DNA from: Patescibacteria group bacterium
GTDB taxonomy: Bacteria; Patescibacteriota; Microgenomatia; Levybacterales; UBA12049
Assembly: GCA_038062115.1 (NCBI GenBank)
Contig: JBBTXS010000012.1
Location: 23,141 to 87,140 of the forward strand
Length of the DNA stretch: 64,000 bases
Direction: 5' to 3'
Shown: in pieces, positions 8,747 through 18,877 of the stretch
Numbering within the stretch: the stretch's first letter is position 1
Layout: every line of letters starts with the position of its first letter
The notes under the pieces: model-generated
Database searches by the model: none
What the model saw: the letters and a program-made list of their open reading frames with translations, nothing else
Told to the model about the DNA's origin: nothing
Program-made: the position numbers and the translations under genes

Positions 8747-9706
8747 TTACAGCAGATTCTCGAACTCGTTTTTTAAGATGTCCAGGCTTTTTTGATCGTA
8801 AATCGAAGAACTGATGACTTTCTTTCCTTTTTTCTTCAGAATCTTTATGTTGTTTTTGATTGTCTTTTCATCTGCAAGATCGGATTTTGTAAGTAGTATT
8901 ATTTCAGGTTTGTCTAGCAATGAGATATTATATTGCGCAAATTCATGGCGGACAGTTTCGTATGCTTTTTCCGCATTTTCATCTGTAGCGTCTATGCAAT
9001 GAACTAAAACTTTCGTTTTTTCAATATGCTTTAAAAATGCAATTCCCAAGCCACGCCCCTTTGATGCTCCTTCAATAAGTCCTGGAATATCTGCAATTGG
9101 ATAATTTCCCAACATTCCAATATTCGGCTCAAGCGTGGTAAAAGGATAATCACCAATTTTTGGCCTCGCATTTGTCAAAACAGAAAGAAGACTGCTTTTT
9201 CCGGAATTTGGCAACCCAATCAGTCCGACGTCTGCGATTAGCCGAAGTTCGAGAAGTAATTTTTTTTCTTCACCCAATGTGCCCTTCTCAGCATAGCGCG
9301 GAGTCTGATTGGTAGCAGACTTAAATTCGGTATTGCCCCGCCCGCCTTTTCCGCCCATTGCCAAAAGAATGCGAGTAGTAGTGTCTGTTATTTCAATCAC
9401 ACTTCCTAGAGCAGTATCAGTGATTCGTGTACCAAGAGGTAAATAAATGGTTAAATGAGGTGCGTTTTTCCCAAACAATTTTTTGTGTTTGCCGGAGGTG
9501 CCATCTTCTGCAATAATTTTTTTCTGAAAGCGGAATTGCCGAAGATCATTGATATTAGTTGATCCCTGAAAATATATATTTCCTCCGTTTCCGCCATTGC
9601 CCCCATCTGGTCCGCCTTTGGCTGTAAGAGCGTTTCGCAAAAAAGTTGCTGCACCATCGCCACCCTTGCCCGCTTTAATATGTAAGGTAATATTGTCTAC
9701 TAACAT
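8747..9706 (-). CDS. obg: GTPase Obg/CgtA (short form without the C-terminal TGS domain)
   Basis: N-terminal Gly-rich Obg fold (KAGKGGDGAATF...GGPDGGNGGNGGNIYF) followed by a GTPase domain with GLIGLPNSGKSSLL and DIPGLIEGA. Confidence 0.85.
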   Translation of the reverse strand: MLVDNITLHIKAGKGGDGAATFLRNALTAKGGPDGGNGGNGGNIYFQGSTNINDLRQFRFQKKIIAEDGTSGKHKKLFGKNAPHLTIYLPLGTRITDTALGSVIEITDTTTRILLAMGGKGGRGNTEFKSATNQTPRYAEKGTLGEEKKLLLELRLIADVGLIGLPNSGKSSLLSVLTNARPKIGDYPFTTLEPNIGMLGNYPIADIPGLIEGASKGRGLGIAFLKHIEKTKVLVHCIDATDENAEKAYETVRHEFAQYNISLLDKPEIILLTKSDLADEKTIKNNIKILKKKGKKVISSSIYDQKSLDILKNEFENLL

Positions 9707-9766
9707 GTTGTAGGCATTGTACCATTTTTCGGTGGTACGACTTTTTGTTGCAATGACTTAGATTTT

Positions 9767-10192
9767 TTGGTAGCATTTAAAACACCTATGAAGACAATCG
9801 TAAGAAATATTGGCATTTATTCTTTTTCTCTTTTTATCTTAACGCAAGTATTAAGTGGCATAAAAGTATCAGGAGGAGTAACGACCTATATCATCGCAGG
9901 AGTAGTGCTGTCAATTATGTTTTTAATAATAAAACCAATTCTTAGCATTATTACTTTACCTCTAAATATTATTACTCTAGGTTTATTTTCTTTTTTGATA
10001 AATGCAATTATTCTTTATCTTCTTACAGTCTTAGTTAAAGGCATTTCCGTGAGCCACTTTGTATTTAAGGGTTTTTCTTTTGCGGGGTTTGTAGTTCCAA
10101 GTGTAACTCTTAATACTTTCTTTGCCTTTATTATTGCATCGCTATTTCTTTCTATTTTTGTTGGATTTTTAACATGGTTGATAAAAAAATAG
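9767..10192 (+). CDS. Small four-TM membrane protein, YvlD/holin-4 superfamily-like
   Basis: 141 aa with four hydrophobic helices and the pattern IIAGVVLSIMFLIIKPILSIITLPLNIITLGLF. Confidence 0.35.
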   Translation: MVAFKTPMKTIVRNIGIYSFSLFILTQVLSGIKVSGGVTTYIIAGVVLSIMFLIIKPILSIITLPLNIITLGLFSFLINAIILYLLTVLVKGISVSHFVFKGFSFAGFVVPSVTLNTFFAFIIASLFLSIFVGFLTWLIKK

Positions 10193-11130
10193 TCTGTCTT
10201 GGAGGAGGCATTGGGACGGTAAATTTAATAATAGGATTGAAAAAATATTTTAGCGATATTACCGTTATTGTTTCTATGGCAGATGACGGTGGGTCTTCGG
10301 GGCGGCTCAGGAGACTTTATAATATCGCGCCTCCCGGTGATTTAGTTTCCTGTATGGCAACGCTTGCTAAGACCGATGATTCATATTTAACAAAGATACT
10401 CACTTATAGATTTGCTGGAGAAAGATATGGTAGGGACGAAGAAATAGGAGGACAAAAACTAGGTAATCTTATAATGGTTGCTATGCGAGATATCACTGGA
10501 AGTTTTGATAAAGCTATAGCGTTATTTCAGAAGACTTTTAACGTTAAAGGAGACTTTTTTCCAGCCACAACTGGGAATGTTACAATTTCTGCAAAAACAA
10601 TAGAGGGGAAAAGAATATTTGGAGAAGAAAAAATTGATATGGGTAGATATGCAGGCAAAAGAATTTTAGAAAAAGTTTTCTTAGAACCTGCTAATGCAAA
10701 AACTAGTTCAAAAGTCTTAAAAAGCATTAAAGAAGCAGACGCTATTATTGCAGGTCCTGGAGACTTATATACAACAATTTTGCCTGTTCTGATAGTAAAA
10801 GATATAAAAGAAGAGTTAAAAAAGAGTAAGGCTTTAAAAATCTTTCTAGTGAATGTTGCTAACAAGCCGTTTGAGACCAAAGGATACAGTGTTAATGATT
10901 ATATTACAGCTCTTAAAAGACACTTAGGGTCTTTTCCTTTTGATAAGATAATCGCAAACAGTAATTTTAGCGTCGGAATTCCCAAAAAATATAAATATCA
11001 GTATGTGGCTCTTACAGCACCTAAAAAACTAAATGGCGTTAAACTTATAACAAGCGACATAGTGAATGAGAATTTTCCTCTATATCATAATTCTTCTAAA
11101 CTTGCAAAAACGATAATAGAAAATATATAA
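10174..11130 (+). CDS. yvcK: YvcK/UPF0052 gluconeogenesis-factor family protein (CofD-like fold)
   Basis: IVCLGGGIGT...SMADDGGSSGRLRR...PPGDL is the family signature. Confidence 0.8.
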   Translation: MVDKKIVCLGGGIGTVNLIIGLKKYFSDITVIVSMADDGGSSGRLRRLYNIAPPGDLVSCMATLAKTDDSYLTKILTYRFAGERYGRDEEIGGQKLGNLIMVAMRDITGSFDKAIALFQKTFNVKGDFFPATTGNVTISAKTIEGKRIFGEEKIDMGRYAGKRILEKVFLEPANAKTSSKVLKSIKEADAIIAGPGDLYTTILPVLIVKDIKEELKKSKALKIFLVNVANKPFETKGYSVNDYITALKRHLGSFPFDKIIANSNFSVGIPKKYKYQYVALTAPKKLNGVKLITSDIVNENFPLYHNSSKLAKTIIENI

Positions 11131-11139
11131 TATGCTTAC

Positions 11140-11355
11140 ATGCTTCTTAATATACTAGAAATTATTGTTGCTGTATTTCTTATTATTGTGATTCTTTTGC
11201 AGGTACAAGGAGGTGGATTGTCTGGAGCATTTGGCGCAGGTAAGGGAGAATTTTATCGAAGTAAAAGAAGTTTTGAAAAACTACTAGTTTGGATAACTAT
11301 TATCCTCTCGGCTTTATTTGGTGTTTTGTCGATTGTCCTTCTAATTCCTCGTTAG
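11140..11355 (+). CDS. secG: Preprotein translocase subunit SecG
   Basis: 71 aa, two TM helices, and the SecG motif LLQ..GGGLSGAFG. Confidence 0.75.
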   Translation: MLLNILEIIVAVFLIIVILLQVQGGGLSGAFGAGKGEFYRSKRSFEKLLVWITIILSALFGVLSIVLLIPR

Positions 11356-11362
11356 AGAATAT

Positions 11363-12718
11363 ATGATTACCATAAGACGTCGCCTAATCATTTGGCTTAT
11401 AAGAGCATATATTAGGAAAATGGGCAAAACGATCCTTATTTATTTTGCAGTTGGACTGTTGGTATTTTTTGTACTTCGCTTGTCTTTTAAACACATTCTT
11501 CCTAAATATCACTCTTATCAGAAAGAAACTATAGGTGTAGTTGGAGCTTACACAACCGATGATTTGCCTCCAAGTATTTTATATAAAATTTCCAGAGGAC
11601 TAACAACTATTGCCCAAGATGGGACTGTAAAACCAGACGTTGCTAGATATTGGAAACTAGAAAATGATGGTAAAACTTATATTTTTTACCTAAAAACCAA
11701 TATTTATTTTAGCGATGGTAAAGAACTAACTTCTGACCTTATCCATTACGATTTCTCCGACGTAATTACAGATCGGCCAGACAAATATACAATTATATTT
11801 AAATTAAAAGGAACATATTCTCCTTTTTTAGTCACAGTTGCAAGGCCTATTTTTAAAAAAGGCTTTATTGGATTAGGAGGTTATAAAATTAAAAATATAG
11901 AATTAAATGGAAATTTTGTCAAATCAATGGAATTAGTTTCTACCAATAACAAAAAGAGTTTGATTTATGAGTTTTATCCAACTGTTGCTTCGTCAAAAAC
12001 TGCTTTTGTTCTTTCGGACGTATCAAAGATTATTGACATGCCAGATGTAAACTTTAAAAAAACTTCTTTTTACAACTTTAAAAATGCTAACGTTAGTAAA
12101 AACATAAATTATAAACAGTTGGTTACACTATTTTACAATACAGAAGACAAAAACCTTTCTTCCAAAACCTTAAGAGAAGCTCTGTACTATACGATTCCTA
12201 ATCATTTTGATGAGGGCTTGAGGCATTTTGGTCCTTTCTCTCCTTTTTCTTTTGCGGTACAGGAGGGGTTGTACACATATCAACAAGACATATCACATGC
12301 ACAGCTACTTCTTGATAAATTTAAAAATGCAAGCCTTGGTGCAAAGCTTTCTTTAACAATAGATACTCTACCTCAATATAATGGTGTTGCCGAAACAATT
12401 TCAAAAATCTGGAACAGTCTTGAAATAGAAACTAGGATACAAATTACGGATAAGGTGCCTTCAAATTTCCAAGTTTTTCTTGGAGAATTTAGCCTGCCGC
12501 CAGATCCAGACCAATATGTTTTGTGGCATTCAGATCAAATAAACAATATTACACATTATAGTAATCTTCGCATAGATAAGTTATTGGAAGATGGAAGACA
12601 AACAAATGATATCGAAAAACGTAAAAAAATTTATGCTGATTTTCAAAAATACATTTTGTCCGATCCGCCAGCATCGTTCTTGTTTTTCCCATACACCTAT
12701 GACGTTGCCAGAAAATAG
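11363..12718 (+). CDS. Membrane-anchored solute-binding protein, SBP family 5-like (OppA/DppA fold), shortened
   Basis: N-terminal TM anchor. DGTVKPDVARYWKLENDGKTYIFYLKTNIYFSDGKELTSDLIHYDFS resembles the SBP_bac_5 core. Confidence 0.45.
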   Translation: MITIRRRLIIWLIRAYIRKMGKTILIYFAVGLLVFFVLRLSFKHILPKYHSYQKETIGVVGAYTTDDLPPSILYKISRGLTTIAQDGTVKPDVARYWKLENDGKTYIFYLKTNIYFSDGKELTSDLIHYDFSDVITDRPDKYTIIFKLKGTYSPFLVTVARPIFKKGFIGLGGYKIKNIELNGNFVKSMELVSTNNKKSLIYEFYPTVASSKTAFVLSDVSKIIDMPDVNFKKTSFYNFKNANVSKNINYKQLVTLFYNTEDKNLSSKTLREALYYTIPNHFDEGLRHFGPFSPFSFAVQEGLYTYQQDISHAQLLLDKFKNASLGAKLSLTIDTLPQYNGVAETISKIWNSLEIETRIQITDKVPSNFQVFLGEFSLPPDPDQYVLWHSDQINNITHYSNLRIDKLLEDGRQTNDIEKRKKIYADFQKYILSDPPASFLFFPYTYDVARK

Positions 12719-12721
12719 ACA

Positions 12722-14107
12722 TTATTTGTATAGAATATTTGATCTCAACTTGCGGTGATAGAAAATTGCAAATCTGTGAGCTTCGTCGCGGATTCGCTGT
12801 GTAAGATGGAGGACTGGCGAGTCCTTTGGAAGGAAAATTTCGACAAAGCTTGCTCTGTCGTCATTCTGAGGAGCGTTAACGACTCCAGAATCTCTCCTTT
12901 CAGTGTAATTAAAGGAGACTCTGGACGCGCTCGTTCCTCGCTTGCCAGAATGACGGTTTAAGCTTAGGGGAATAATAATTGTCTCCTCCCTTTTTGCAAG
13001 TCCTATAACTGGAATTTGCATACCCTTTTCTTTTAAAGCCATAAGAGCAGAGGATACTTGACCTTTTCCCCCATCAACTATTATTAAATCGGGCATTGGC
13101 CATTCTTTGTGATTGAGCCTTCGTCCTATAACTTCTTTAATCATTGCAAAATCGTTTGGAACAGGATAAAAATTTTTAATTTTAAACCTTCTATATAAAG
13201 ATGAATCTTTGTCTCCATTAATAAAAACTACCATAGATCCAGTAGCAGATTTTCCTTGGATATTAGATATATCGTAGCATTCTATTCTTTCTAATTTTTC
13301 AGCATGTATTCCATTTTGGGAGAGTAAGCATCGTAGACTAGACAACTGATTATCTAGTGTGTCTTGAGTTAAGTTTGGGTTAACTTTATGATCAAATTGA
13401 TTGTAGGCTGGATTTGTAATTAGTTTTATGGCATCTAGTTTTTTTTGAATTAGAGCTGCTTTTTCAAATTCTTCAAGTTTACTTAAATTATCTCTTTCTT
13501 TTTTAAGATCTTTAACAACTTTTTTTGTTTTGCCATTTAAGAAAGTAATAAGATGATTAATGTTTGATCTATATTCCTTATTGCCAACAACCTCTGGACA
13601 TGGGCAAAGTCCTAAATGGTAGTATAGGCAAAGCTTTTTTTGGTGATTTATGGTGGATTGAAACGGAAAAATTTTTCGTACAGTTTTTAAGACTAAGCGT
13701 AATGCCTGAGCGTTTGGAAATGGGCCAAAATATATAGATTTTTTGTCCTGAGCTTTCCTTGCAATTAAAACTTTAGGATATTTATCTACAGTAATTCGTA
13801 TAAGGGGATATGCTTTTCCATCAGTAAGCCGTACATTATATTTTGGCTTATATTTTTTAATGTAATTTGCTTCTAACAATAGTGCTTCTATTTCTGAGGC
13901 AACTGAAATTGTTTTTATTTTTTTGATCTTTGAAATCAAAATTTTTGTCTTTGGGCTAAGCAAGTTTAGATTAGTAAAATAAGAACTAACCCGCTTTTTA
14001 AGACTTTTTGCTTTTCCAACGTACAAGACTTCATTGTTTTGGTTTAAAAATAGATATACCCCAGGCCCTTGGGATAATGATCGATAAAAGTATGCTGATA
14101 GTAACAA
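12722..14107 (-). CDS. uvrC: Excinuclease ABC subunit C (UvrC), short form; carries an in-frame palindromic-element insertion near the C-terminus
   Basis: GIY-YIG domain (GPGVYLFLNQNNEVLYVGKAKSLKKRVSSYF), UvrBC motif, LAKREE...RIRDEAHRFAIFYHRK. An insert of about 35 aa (RHSGKRGTSASRVSFNYTERRDSGVVNAPQNDDRASF) lies between LAKREE and EIFLP. Confidence 0.85.
   Translation of the reverse strand: MLLSAYFYRSLSQGPGVYLFLNQNNEVLYVGKAKSLKKRVSSYFTNLNLLSPKTKILISKIKKIKTISVASEIEALLLEANYIKKYKPKYNVRLTDGKAYPLIRITVDKYPKVLIARKAQDKKSIYFGPFPNAQALRLVLKTVRKIFPFQSTINHQKKLCLYYHLGLCPCPEVVGNKEYRSNINHLITFLNGKTKKVVKDLKKERDNLSKLEEFEKAALIQKKLDAIKLITNPAYNQFDHKVNPNLTQDTLDNQLSSLRCLLSQNGIHAEKLERIECYDISNIQGKSATGSMVVFINGDKDSSLYRRFKIKNFYPVPNDFAMIKEVIGRRLNHKEWPMPDLIIVDGGKGQVSSALMALKEKGMQIPVIGLAKREETIIIPLSLNRHSGKRGTSASRVSFNYTERRDSGVVNAPQNDDRASFVEIFLPKDSPVLHLTQRIRDEAHRFAIFYHRKLRSNILYK
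12859..12955. repeat. Palindromic element, family A (termini GTCATTCTGAG...CAGAATGAC), in frame inside uvrC
   Basis: Terminal inverted repeat gtcattctg/cagaatgac, internal imperfect palindrome tccagaatctctccttt/aaaggagactctgga, GC-rich relative to the flanks. Confidence 0.75.
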
Positions 14108-15854
14108 TTAATATCCCTCCTATAATTCGTAAATCTAAAAATAAAGGGTAAACTTTTATATTTTTAGAAATAGATTGATTATCAAGATGTATTGTAAGCA
14201 CATCTGTTTTGTTTGTCAAAATTGGAGTTTTGTTAAAGGCAATAGGTATTGTTAAAGATCCAAAAGGTGGTATTTTGTCAAGATTAATTTTTTGATAGGA
14301 AGGAGAAAGATGTTTTGTAGTAATAATTGCGGTTTGGGGATTTGCTACTCGTTTTCCAATATTTTTAATAACTATATTACCTTTTATTGGAAGATTAGAA
14401 AAATAGCCTTTATAAAAAGTATCCGAAATTGAAAGCATTGAACCTGCTTCTTCAAAATTACTAGAAAATTTTACATCAACATCTTTGGTTGTTGTGTCTT
14501 CTGGCAACTTATATCCTCCTGCAGAAACTGGATATTGGCTGTCTATGCCTTTTATTACAAAAGCGAAATGGTCAAAGTCAAGAGTTTGGAAATAATCTAC
14601 TCCTCCTGTTGTGTTTCCCCAAGTAGGATCAATCATTACCCATGTTTTGAGAGTGTAATCGTAATACTCTGGCCATGCGTGTAAGACGTCTTTTACAAGC
14701 GATAGCGGTCTTTCTTTAGAATTTTGAGTATAGGCAAAACCATTTACTTCTCTTGCTGGAACTCCTAAAGATCGGGCAAGTGCAATAAATAAGTCTGTAA
14801 ACTCAAGACAAACCGCGGAAGATGGATTTTTTAGTGTGTCGAGTGCTCCTAGTCTTTTTTTGCCATCTGTTACTCTTGTAAGATCATATTTTAGGTTCTT
14901 AACTAAATATTCATAAATAGCATGAGGTGTTTTTAATGTGTTTGCTAAGTTTTTAATATCTTCATTTGATGTTTGCCAATAAGGCTGCTCTTTAAGGTAA
15001 ACTTTTAGTAGATCTTTGGAAGTAACTTCTTCCTTTGGAGTAAGAGATATTTTTGCTTTCCCAATTACTTTTATATTAACTTTTTGAGAAGGAGAAAGTA
15101 CATATTGCGCAAGCCAATTGCCATCTTTATCTGCTACAACTTCTATAGGTTTGGGGGTTATGTCCAGAATTTGTATTTCTTGGTAGTTGGTGGTGGGAGG
15201 GATGGCTATTTCGGTTTTTATTGGAAATAGATTTCTATTCGCAAGGTGATATAAAAGACTAAATTCGTAGATTTGCTCTTTGCCATATGCAATTGATATT
15301 CCAGATTTTCCAAGTTGGTCTTTAGAAAAGACTAAGTTGTCTGTCTCCAAACCTTTTATACTCGGCTTTATATAAACTGGATTTTTTAGAAAACTTGGAA
15401 CCTTAACGCTGACATTAAAGGAATTAAAATCGTTTTGACTGGCCAAGCCAGGAATATCGATTTGCCAAATTTTTCCATTTTTTTGAGCTACGTCTATGGT
15501 ATCAAAAGACAATCTAAAATTGAGTTTATTATCAATTCCAACCACCTTTTTATTAAAAGTTAAGGCAATACTTCTGCCGTCATCATTTTCGTTAATAGTA
15601 GGCGTTATTGGTCCATCGGGATCGTTGGCAGTAAGGTTGTCTATATTTTCAAAACCAATTTGGATATTATAGGATGAAGCATAATATTGGCTGGTTTTGT
15701 TAGTTAAGGTAATATCAAAAACTACATGCGTTTTGGCATCGTCTCCTACTGTATAAATAACATTGTAGTCAGTTGCAAAATTAGAAGAAGCAAAAGCAGG
15801 AGGTGTAACAAAAAGGATAAGAAGGAAAATTAGACAGAATATTATTTTTTTCAT
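14031..15854 (-). CDS. Secreted, membrane-anchored transglutaminase-like cysteine-protease-domain protein
   Basis: Signal peptide, then SSAVCLEFTDLFIALARSLGVPAREVNGFAY and HAWPEYYD (transglutaminase-like Cys/His core), then a C-terminal TM helix. Confidence 0.6.
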   Translation of the reverse strand: MKKIIFCLIFLLILFVTPPAFASSNFATDYNVIYTVGDDAKTHVVFDITLTNKTSQYYASSYNIQIGFENIDNLTANDPDGPITPTINENDDGRSIALTFNKKVVGIDNKLNFRLSFDTIDVAQKNGKIWQIDIPGLASQNDFNSFNVSVKVPSFLKNPVYIKPSIKGLETDNLVFSKDQLGKSGISIAYGKEQIYEFSLLYHLANRNLFPIKTEIAIPPTTNYQEIQILDITPKPIEVVADKDGNWLAQYVLSPSQKVNIKVIGKAKISLTPKEEVTSKDLLKVYLKEQPYWQTSNEDIKNLANTLKTPHAIYEYLVKNLKYDLTRVTDGKKRLGALDTLKNPSSAVCLEFTDLFIALARSLGVPAREVNGFAYTQNSKERPLSLVKDVLHAWPEYYDYTLKTWVMIDPTWGNTTGGVDYFQTLDFDHFAFVIKGIDSQYPVSAGGYKLPEDTTTKDVDVKFSSNFEEAGSMLSISDTFYKGYFSNLPIKGNIVIKNIGKRVANPQTAIITTKHLSPSYQKINLDKIPPFGSLTIPIAFNKTPILTNKTDVLTIHLDNQSISKNIKVYPLFLDLRIIGGILIVTISILLSIIIPRAWGISIFKPKQ

Positions 15855-15924
15855 TCCATGTCTATCTTATCACAAAAGCCCTCGTTTGCCTGACCGTACA
15901 TGAGTCATACTCACTACATTTTTG

Positions 15925-18804
15925 CTATAATACTTTTCTCAAAAACTGGCCTGTATAAGAGCCTTTGTTTTGAGCAATTTCCCAAGGTGTTCCAATAGCA
16001 ACTACTTTCCCACCTTTTTCTCCCCCATCAGGTCCTAAGTCTATTATAAAATCTCCGTTTTTAATTACATCTAAATTATGTTCTATTACAATAACTGTGT
16101 TGCCAGAATCAACTAAGCGCCTAAGCACCATTAGCAGTTTTTCAAGATCGGCGAAATGTAAGCCTGTGGTTGGTTCATCAAGCAAATACAATGAACCTTG
16201 TCCTCTTTTGGATAATTCATGTGAAAGTTTTACTCTTTGAGCCTCTCCTCCAGATAAAGTTGGTGCTGGTTGGCCTAATTTTATGTAAGAGAGCCCTACA
16301 TCATTGAGCGTTTGTAATTTGTGAGAAAGAGCAGCGTAAAATGAGAAAAATTGCAAAGCCTCTTGTACGCTCATACCAAGAATTTCTGCTATGTTTTTCC
16401 CCTTAAATAAAACCTCCAACGCTTCCCTATTGTATTGTAGTCCGTTGCATTCCTCACAAGTTATATAAACATCTGGTAAAAATTGCATCTCGATTTTTAT
16501 TTGCCCTTCTCCTTCACACGTCTCACATCTCCCACCTTTTACATTAAAAGAAAACCTTCCTGGTTTATAACCCTTTGCTCTTGCTTCTTTTGTTTGAGCA
16601 AAGAGATCGCGAATATAAGTAAATGCGCCAGTATAGGTTGCTGGGTTACTTCTTGGTGTTCTACCAATAGGAGATTGATCGATTAAATAAACCCTTCTTA
16701 TATTTTCGTATCCAACAAGCGCTTCATGAATTCCAGGTGTCTGCCTATGATATGGATTTTGTAATTGCATTAGGGCATGATATAAGATATCATTTATTAA
16801 AGTTGATTTTCCCGATCCTGAAACTCCAGTTACTACTACAAATTTATTTAGAGGGAAGCTTACGTCTATATTTTTTAAGTTGTGCTCCTTTGCTCCTTTT
16901 ACAAGGATACTCTTTGTGTAAAGAGTATCCTTGTTGTTATCTTTAATTATTTTTATTTCTCTTTTTCCAGACAAATACTGTCCAGTGAGTGAATTTGGGT
17001 CTTTTTTTATATCCTCAATAGTTCCCTTGGCAACAATTTTCCCACCATTAAAACCCGCGCCCGGTCCAAAATCTATTAAAAAGTCTGCCTGTTCCATTGT
17101 TTCCTTATCGTGTTCGACAACCAAGACTGTATTCCCAAGGTCCCTTAACTTCTTGAGAGTCTCAATTAGCTTTTTATTATCTTTTTGGTGGAGCCCAATT
17201 GATGGCTCGTCCAAAACATAAAGTACTCCAGTTAAGCCACTTCCTATTTGGCTGGCTAGGCGAATTCTTTGTGCTTCTCCTCCTGCAAGAGTTTGTGCGC
17301 CTCGTCCCAAAGTAAGATAATCAAGGCCAACATCTATTAAAAACGAAAGTCTAAGTTTTATTTCTTTAACAATAACTTTACTTATTTCACTTTCCCGAAA
17401 ACTTAAAATATTTTGAATATTATTTATAAACTTTAGGCAATCAATAATAGACATATTAGATACGTCAGCTATCGATTTGTTATTTATGGTAACTGCCAGT
17501 GCTTCTTTTTTGAGTCGATTACCACTACAAGAGTCGCATATTTCGTAGCGCATAAATCTCTCTATTCTTGTTTTTAAAAACATTGATTCTGTTGTACTAT
17601 GCCTTTGCTTTAGCTCCCAAAGTATTCCGCGAAACTGTTCGTAAATTTCTGTTTGTCTTCCCCACCTGTTGTTTCCAATCACACGATATTTTTTGTCTCC
17701 AGTTCCTTCTAGCAATAAATCTTTTTTTGAGTTACTGATTTCAGATAGTCTAATGTTAATCGGGATATCATTCTCTTTGCAGAAAGCAATAAAAGTTCTT
17801 GAGAACCAAGTATCGTTTTCAAAAAGATTGGAAAAAGGCAGAATTCCTCCTTCGGAAATTGTGAGGTTGTTGTTAAAGACTAAATCTTTATCAACTGTTA
17901 ATATAGTTCCTAGTCCATTACATCTTGGACACGCGCCGTGGGGCGTATTGAAAGAAAATAGACGAGGTTCAATTTCTGCAATAGATATGCCGCAAACCGG
18001 ACAAGCAAACTTTTCCGAAAAAAACTCGTCTTGCATTTTTTTGGGTTTTTGAGGCATAGAAAATCCTAGATCTTTAATAATCGATACTAGCAACTCCCCA
18101 TTACCAAACCTAAGTCCAGTTTCTACATCTTGGGAAATTCTTGATTTGTCGGTTTCGTTAGATAAAACGATCTCGTCTATCACAAGTTCGATTGTGTGTT
18201 TGTTTGTTTTTATAAGAACAAAATCTTCGTTTAAAGAAAAAATTTCTTTATCTATTCTTACTTTTTTGTATCCACGTTTTTTTAGATCAAAAAAAAGTTC
18301 CAAATATTCACCTTTTCTGTCTTTCACAATAGGAGCTAATATTAAAATTTTTATTTTTTGTACAGAAGAAGTTTTTAAAAGACCAAAAATAGAACTTGTT
18401 ATTTGTTCTTTGGATTGATGAGATATTTCCCTATTACAATTTGGGCAATGGGGATGACCTACTCTTGCAAACAAGAGCCTAAAATAATCATAAATTTCTG
18501 TAACAGTACCAACAGTGCTTCTTGGATTATGAGAAGTTGACTTTTGATCAATTGATATTGCTGGAGAAAGGCCTTCGATTAAATCAACATCGGGTTTTTT
18601 CATTACCCCTAAGAATTGTCTTGCATACGAAGACAAGCTTTCGACGTAGCGCCTCTGTCCTTCGGCATAAATTGTGTCAAAGGCAAGAGAAGACTTGCCG
18701 CTCCCAGATAAACCAGTAAAAACTACAAGTTTATTTTTGGGAATTTCAAGATTGATGTTTTTTAAATTATGCTCTCGTGCGCCTCTAATGACGATACTAT
18801 CCAT
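15925..18804 (-). CDS. uvrA: Excinuclease ABC subunit A (UvrA)
   Basis: 959 aa, two ABC ATPase modules (GLSGSGKSSLAFDT..., GVSGSGKSTLIND...) and zinc-finger Cys pairs. Confidence 0.95.
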   Translation of the reverse strand: MDSIVIRGAREHNLKNINLEIPKNKLVVFTGLSGSGKSSLAFDTIYAEGQRRYVESLSSYARQFLGVMKKPDVDLIEGLSPAISIDQKSTSHNPRSTVGTVTEIYDYFRLLFARVGHPHCPNCNREISHQSKEQITSSIFGLLKTSSVQKIKILILAPIVKDRKGEYLELFFDLKKRGYKKVRIDKEIFSLNEDFVLIKTNKHTIELVIDEIVLSNETDKSRISQDVETGLRFGNGELLVSIIKDLGFSMPQKPKKMQDEFFSEKFACPVCGISIAEIEPRLFSFNTPHGACPRCNGLGTILTVDKDLVFNNNLTISEGGILPFSNLFENDTWFSRTFIAFCKENDIPINIRLSEISNSKKDLLLEGTGDKKYRVIGNNRWGRQTEIYEQFRGILWELKQRHSTTESMFLKTRIERFMRYEICDSCSGNRLKKEALAVTINNKSIADVSNMSIIDCLKFINNIQNILSFRESEISKVIVKEIKLRLSFLIDVGLDYLTLGRGAQTLAGGEAQRIRLASQIGSGLTGVLYVLDEPSIGLHQKDNKKLIETLKKLRDLGNTVLVVEHDKETMEQADFLIDFGPGAGFNGGKIVAKGTIEDIKKDPNSLTGQYLSGKREIKIIKDNNKDTLYTKSILVKGAKEHNLKNIDVSFPLNKFVVVTGVSGSGKSTLINDILYHALMQLQNPYHRQTPGIHEALVGYENIRRVYLIDQSPIGRTPRSNPATYTGAFTYIRDLFAQTKEARAKGYKPGRFSFNVKGGRCETCEGEGQIKIEMQFLPDVYITCEECNGLQYNREALEVLFKGKNIAEILGMSVQEALQFFSFYAALSHKLQTLNDVGLSYIKLGQPAPTLSGGEAQRVKLSHELSKRGQGSLYLLDEPTTGLHFADLEKLLMVLRRLVDSGNTVIVIEHNLDVIKNGDFIIDLGPDGGEKGGKVVAIGTPWEIAQNKGSYTGQFLRKVL

Positions 18805-18877
18805 ATTTAATGACCTTCTATTATATGTAATTTTTTGCTACTTGACAAATATAGTTTTTAGTGGCTATCATAGATTT

